DNA of 64,000 nucleotides from Bacillota bacterium (lineage in GTDB: Bacteria > Bacillota > Clostridia > Acetivibrionales > Acetivibrionaceae): the NCBI GenBank assembly GCA_049325575.1, contig JBMOLK010000188.1:2758-66757 (forward strand), given 5' to 3'. The notes beneath the pieces are model-generated. The model did no database searches. It had not been told where the DNA came from and saw only the letters and a program-made list of their open reading frames with translations. Shown piece by piece: positions 62,003 through 64,000 of this stretch (within the stretch, counting starts at the first letter, position 1; every line of letters begins with the position of its first letter). The position numbers and the translations under genes were made by a program.

Positions 62003-62098
62003 ACCCCCATTATACTATTCTTCTTTTTATAACAGCGGAGTTTTCTCAAGGGACTGGAGTTTCCGCTGCTATATTGGATAGACCGTAATGGGGGTTAA
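62003..62098 (+). other. nested stem-loop element 3' of cysK
   Basis: AACCCCCATTAT pairs with GTAATGGGGGTT ~75 nt downstream, enclosing ACAGCGGAG...TTCCGCTGCT. Confidence 0.45.
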
Positions 62099-62192
62099 GT
62101 TTATTGGGAATTTGTTATGTTAAAAAGCACTAGTTTACTGTATAAAAAAGCGCTGGAATATGTTAGAATATATTTACTAACTGACTATTGAG

Positions 62193-62903
62193 GTGACTGG
62201 TGTGCTTGAAGTTTATGCAGTGAAAATAAATGATGAAGTTGAAAGAGACAAGTTTGAAAAAGTTTTACATAATTTACCCGAAGACAAAAAAGAAAAAATT
62301 AAAAAGTTCAGAAGATTTGAAGATGGTTTAAGGGCACTTTCTGCTGAAATACTTATAAGGGTTATTATTACTACAAAGCTCGGTATAAAGAATGATGAGA
62401 TAGTGTTTGAGACTGGTCAGCACGGGAAGCCATACCTTACAGGTTTTGATAATTTTCACTTTAATCTTTCACATTCAGGTAAATGGGTAGTATGTGCGGT
62501 AAGTGACCTGCCTGTAGGTATTGATGTTGAGCAAATAAAGGAAATAGAATTAAACATAGCAAACAGGTTTTTTTCACAAATTGAAGCAAAGGATTTGTTT
62601 CACAAAAATGAAAATGAGAGACTGGGATACTTTTTTGATCTTTGGACTCTGAAGGAAAGCTACATAAAAGCAGATGGAAAGGGTCTATCAATGCCGCTGA
62701 ATTCATTCTCCTTTAGAGTAGAGAACGATGAAATATTTTTTGAAACTGACAATGAACTAAAAGACTGTTACTTTAAGCAATATAGCATTGATAGAGATTA
62801 TAAGCTTTCGGTGTGTTCTCAAGTGGCAAAGTTTCCTAAAAGTGTATTGGTAAAAGAATTTGATGATATTTGTGTTGAGTTTTTACGGTACGTAACTTCG
62901 TGA
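62193..62903 (+). CDS. Sfp-type 4'-phosphopantetheinyl transferase
   Basis: GKPYL, FNLSHSG and GIDVE motifs, with a W..KES region. Confidence 0.8.
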   Translation: MTGVLEVYAVKINDEVERDKFEKVLHNLPEDKKEKIKKFRRFEDGLRALSAEILIRVIITTKLGIKNDEIVFETGQHGKPYLTGFDNFHFNLSHSGKWVVCAVSDLPVGIDVEQIKEIELNIANRFFSQIEAKDLFHKNENERLGYFFDLWTLKESYIKADGKGLSMPLNSFSFRVENDEIFFETDNELKDCYFKQYSIDRDYKLSVCSQVAKFPKSVLVKEFDDICVEFLRYVTS

Positions 62904-62974
62904 TTTCAATATTTAAGAAGAACCAAGAAGGAATTTGATCTCTCCATGTCGAATAGATAATTAGTGTAAATCTA

Positions 62975-63202
62975 GTGACTGGAGGGTTTACAATGAGAGT
63001 ATTGAAGTTAAAGGACGGAAGTGAAGTCAAGCTCAATGAAATAAGAAGTTTGCAGAATGGGTGGCAGGAAGCATTGGTTCAGGTCAAGGAAGGAAATAGT
63101 TCTTATTGGGGAAAGGAGAAGAATTATATTATTTGCGGATCTGATTCCCTAAAATACATAATAATAAATGGAGAAAAAGTTTTTATAAACGGCTTTAAGT
63201 AA
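62975..63202 (+). CDS. small hypothetical protein
   Basis: 75-aa ORF with a GGAGGG RBS and a terminator immediately downstream. Confidence 0.4.
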   Translation: MTGGFTMRVLKLKDGSEVKLNEIRSLQNGWQEALVQVKEGNSSYWGKEKNYIICGSDSLKYIIINGEKVFINGFK

Positions 63203-63219
63203 TGGATTTAAATAAAGGA

Positions 63220-63265
63220 CCTTGTTTTGGGATAATAGTTTATACTCAAAACAGGTTTTTTTATT
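63220..63265 (+). terminator. rho-independent terminator
   Basis: TGTTTTG...CAAAACA stem followed by GGTTTTTTTATT. Confidence 0.6.
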
Positions 63266-63317
63266 GTCCTGATTTAGTTAGTGCTGTAACTATATATGTA
63301 AATAGTAACAAATTTTA

Positions 63318-63330
63318 GTATTCCTATAGA
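63318..63330 (-). promoter_or_regulatory. CymR-type operator copy on minus strand (CTATAGGAATACT)
   Basis: The reverse complement of AGTATTCCTATAG matches the other five sites. It lies in an AT-rich non-coding tail. Confidence 0.35.
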
Positions 63331-64000
63331 GTTTAGAGCGTATTTTATTAAGGAAAAATTGAAAAATTGTTGAAACACAAAAAAAAGTAATATATAATAA
63401 AACCAAGTACGAAAAATATTACTGAATTAATGAGCATGAAAATAAAGCTGTTGTATTAATTTGTGATATTTATTGAAGCTCATGCATTTCAGTATAGATC
63501 GCGTCTGTTTTATAGCATTTACTTGGAATTTCCTTTAATTATTCGGCAGGATGTGGCATACTGTATAAAGTAAGAGGGAATTAGTTATAAAAGTGAATTA
63601 TGTCCGTTTTAACAATATAAGTAACTACCTGAACAAAGTATATACATAACAATATACAATTCTTCATAATACGTACTTTCCATAAAAGCATATACATCAA
63701 TCAAAGCTTGCATACTATCAATCTTCATACCAATTTGCTATTCGTCTTGTTTCTATGTAAAAAGAATGCTATTAGTTTGAAAAAACACAGAATAATTTAA
63801 CTGGGTGTGTATACCTGATATGCTGGCTCTTATGTTAAAACTACTGGTTATTGACGGGTTTTAGCAGCCGCATTAGTGTATCATGGCGTTTTTTAATGCC
63901 TATAAAACAATATATATATGCTGTGAGGAATACCGATAGTGATAAAAATAGATATATAAACGTATTTTATAGGATTTAATAGGCTAAAAGGTATTTTCTT

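Noticed and set aside
1-64000. Searched for CRISPR arrays, transposases/IS ends, integrases, tRNA/rRNA
   Set aside because: No regularly spaced direct repeats and no DDE/serine-recombinase-like ORFs, and nothing resembling tRNA cloverleaf-dense or rRNA regions. Island boundaries are marked only by pseudogene debris.

Overview
This is a low-GC Firmicutes window. A dockerin type I protein points to a cellulosome-forming Clostridium (Ruminiclostridium/Acetivibrio-like), and nearly every gene is on the + strand. Three blocks stand out. (1) 1-10.1 kb and 58-62 kb: a sulfur-assimilation regulon. Its first operon is sulfate activation/reduction (cysH-cysD-cysN) fused to a protein-thiocarboxylate (HcyS/HcyF/HcyD-type) homocysteine pathway with sulfite reductase, TusA, MetY and TrxB. 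Its second block is a CymR-like Rrf2 repressor gene, two transsulfuration PLP enzymes and cysK. All are preceded by copies of an ATAGGAAT-type operator, including a duplicated ~110-bp promoter-operator module. (2) 10.6-38.8 kb: an accessory hybrid NRPS / trans-AT PKS biosynthetic island. It has the hallmarks of a prodrug-activation strategy: a starter-C-A(Asn code)-T-E module plus a ClbP-like S12 peptidase fused to an ABC exporter. It has no thioesterase and ends in a terminal C domain. It also carries a KS0, half-C-domain relics and a glf/GT2 pair at its edge. (3) 39-50 kb: decayed MoxR and GGDEF/EAL fragments, and an NfeD-flotillin pair followed by a 1653-aa coiled-coil protein with a C-terminal AAA+ (MoxR/AAA_5-like) ATPase, convergent with a PspC-domain gene. 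The remainder holds two two-component systems, hisC, a dockerin protein and an Sfp-type PPTase. No rRNA/tRNA, CRISPR or recognisable transposase was seen.
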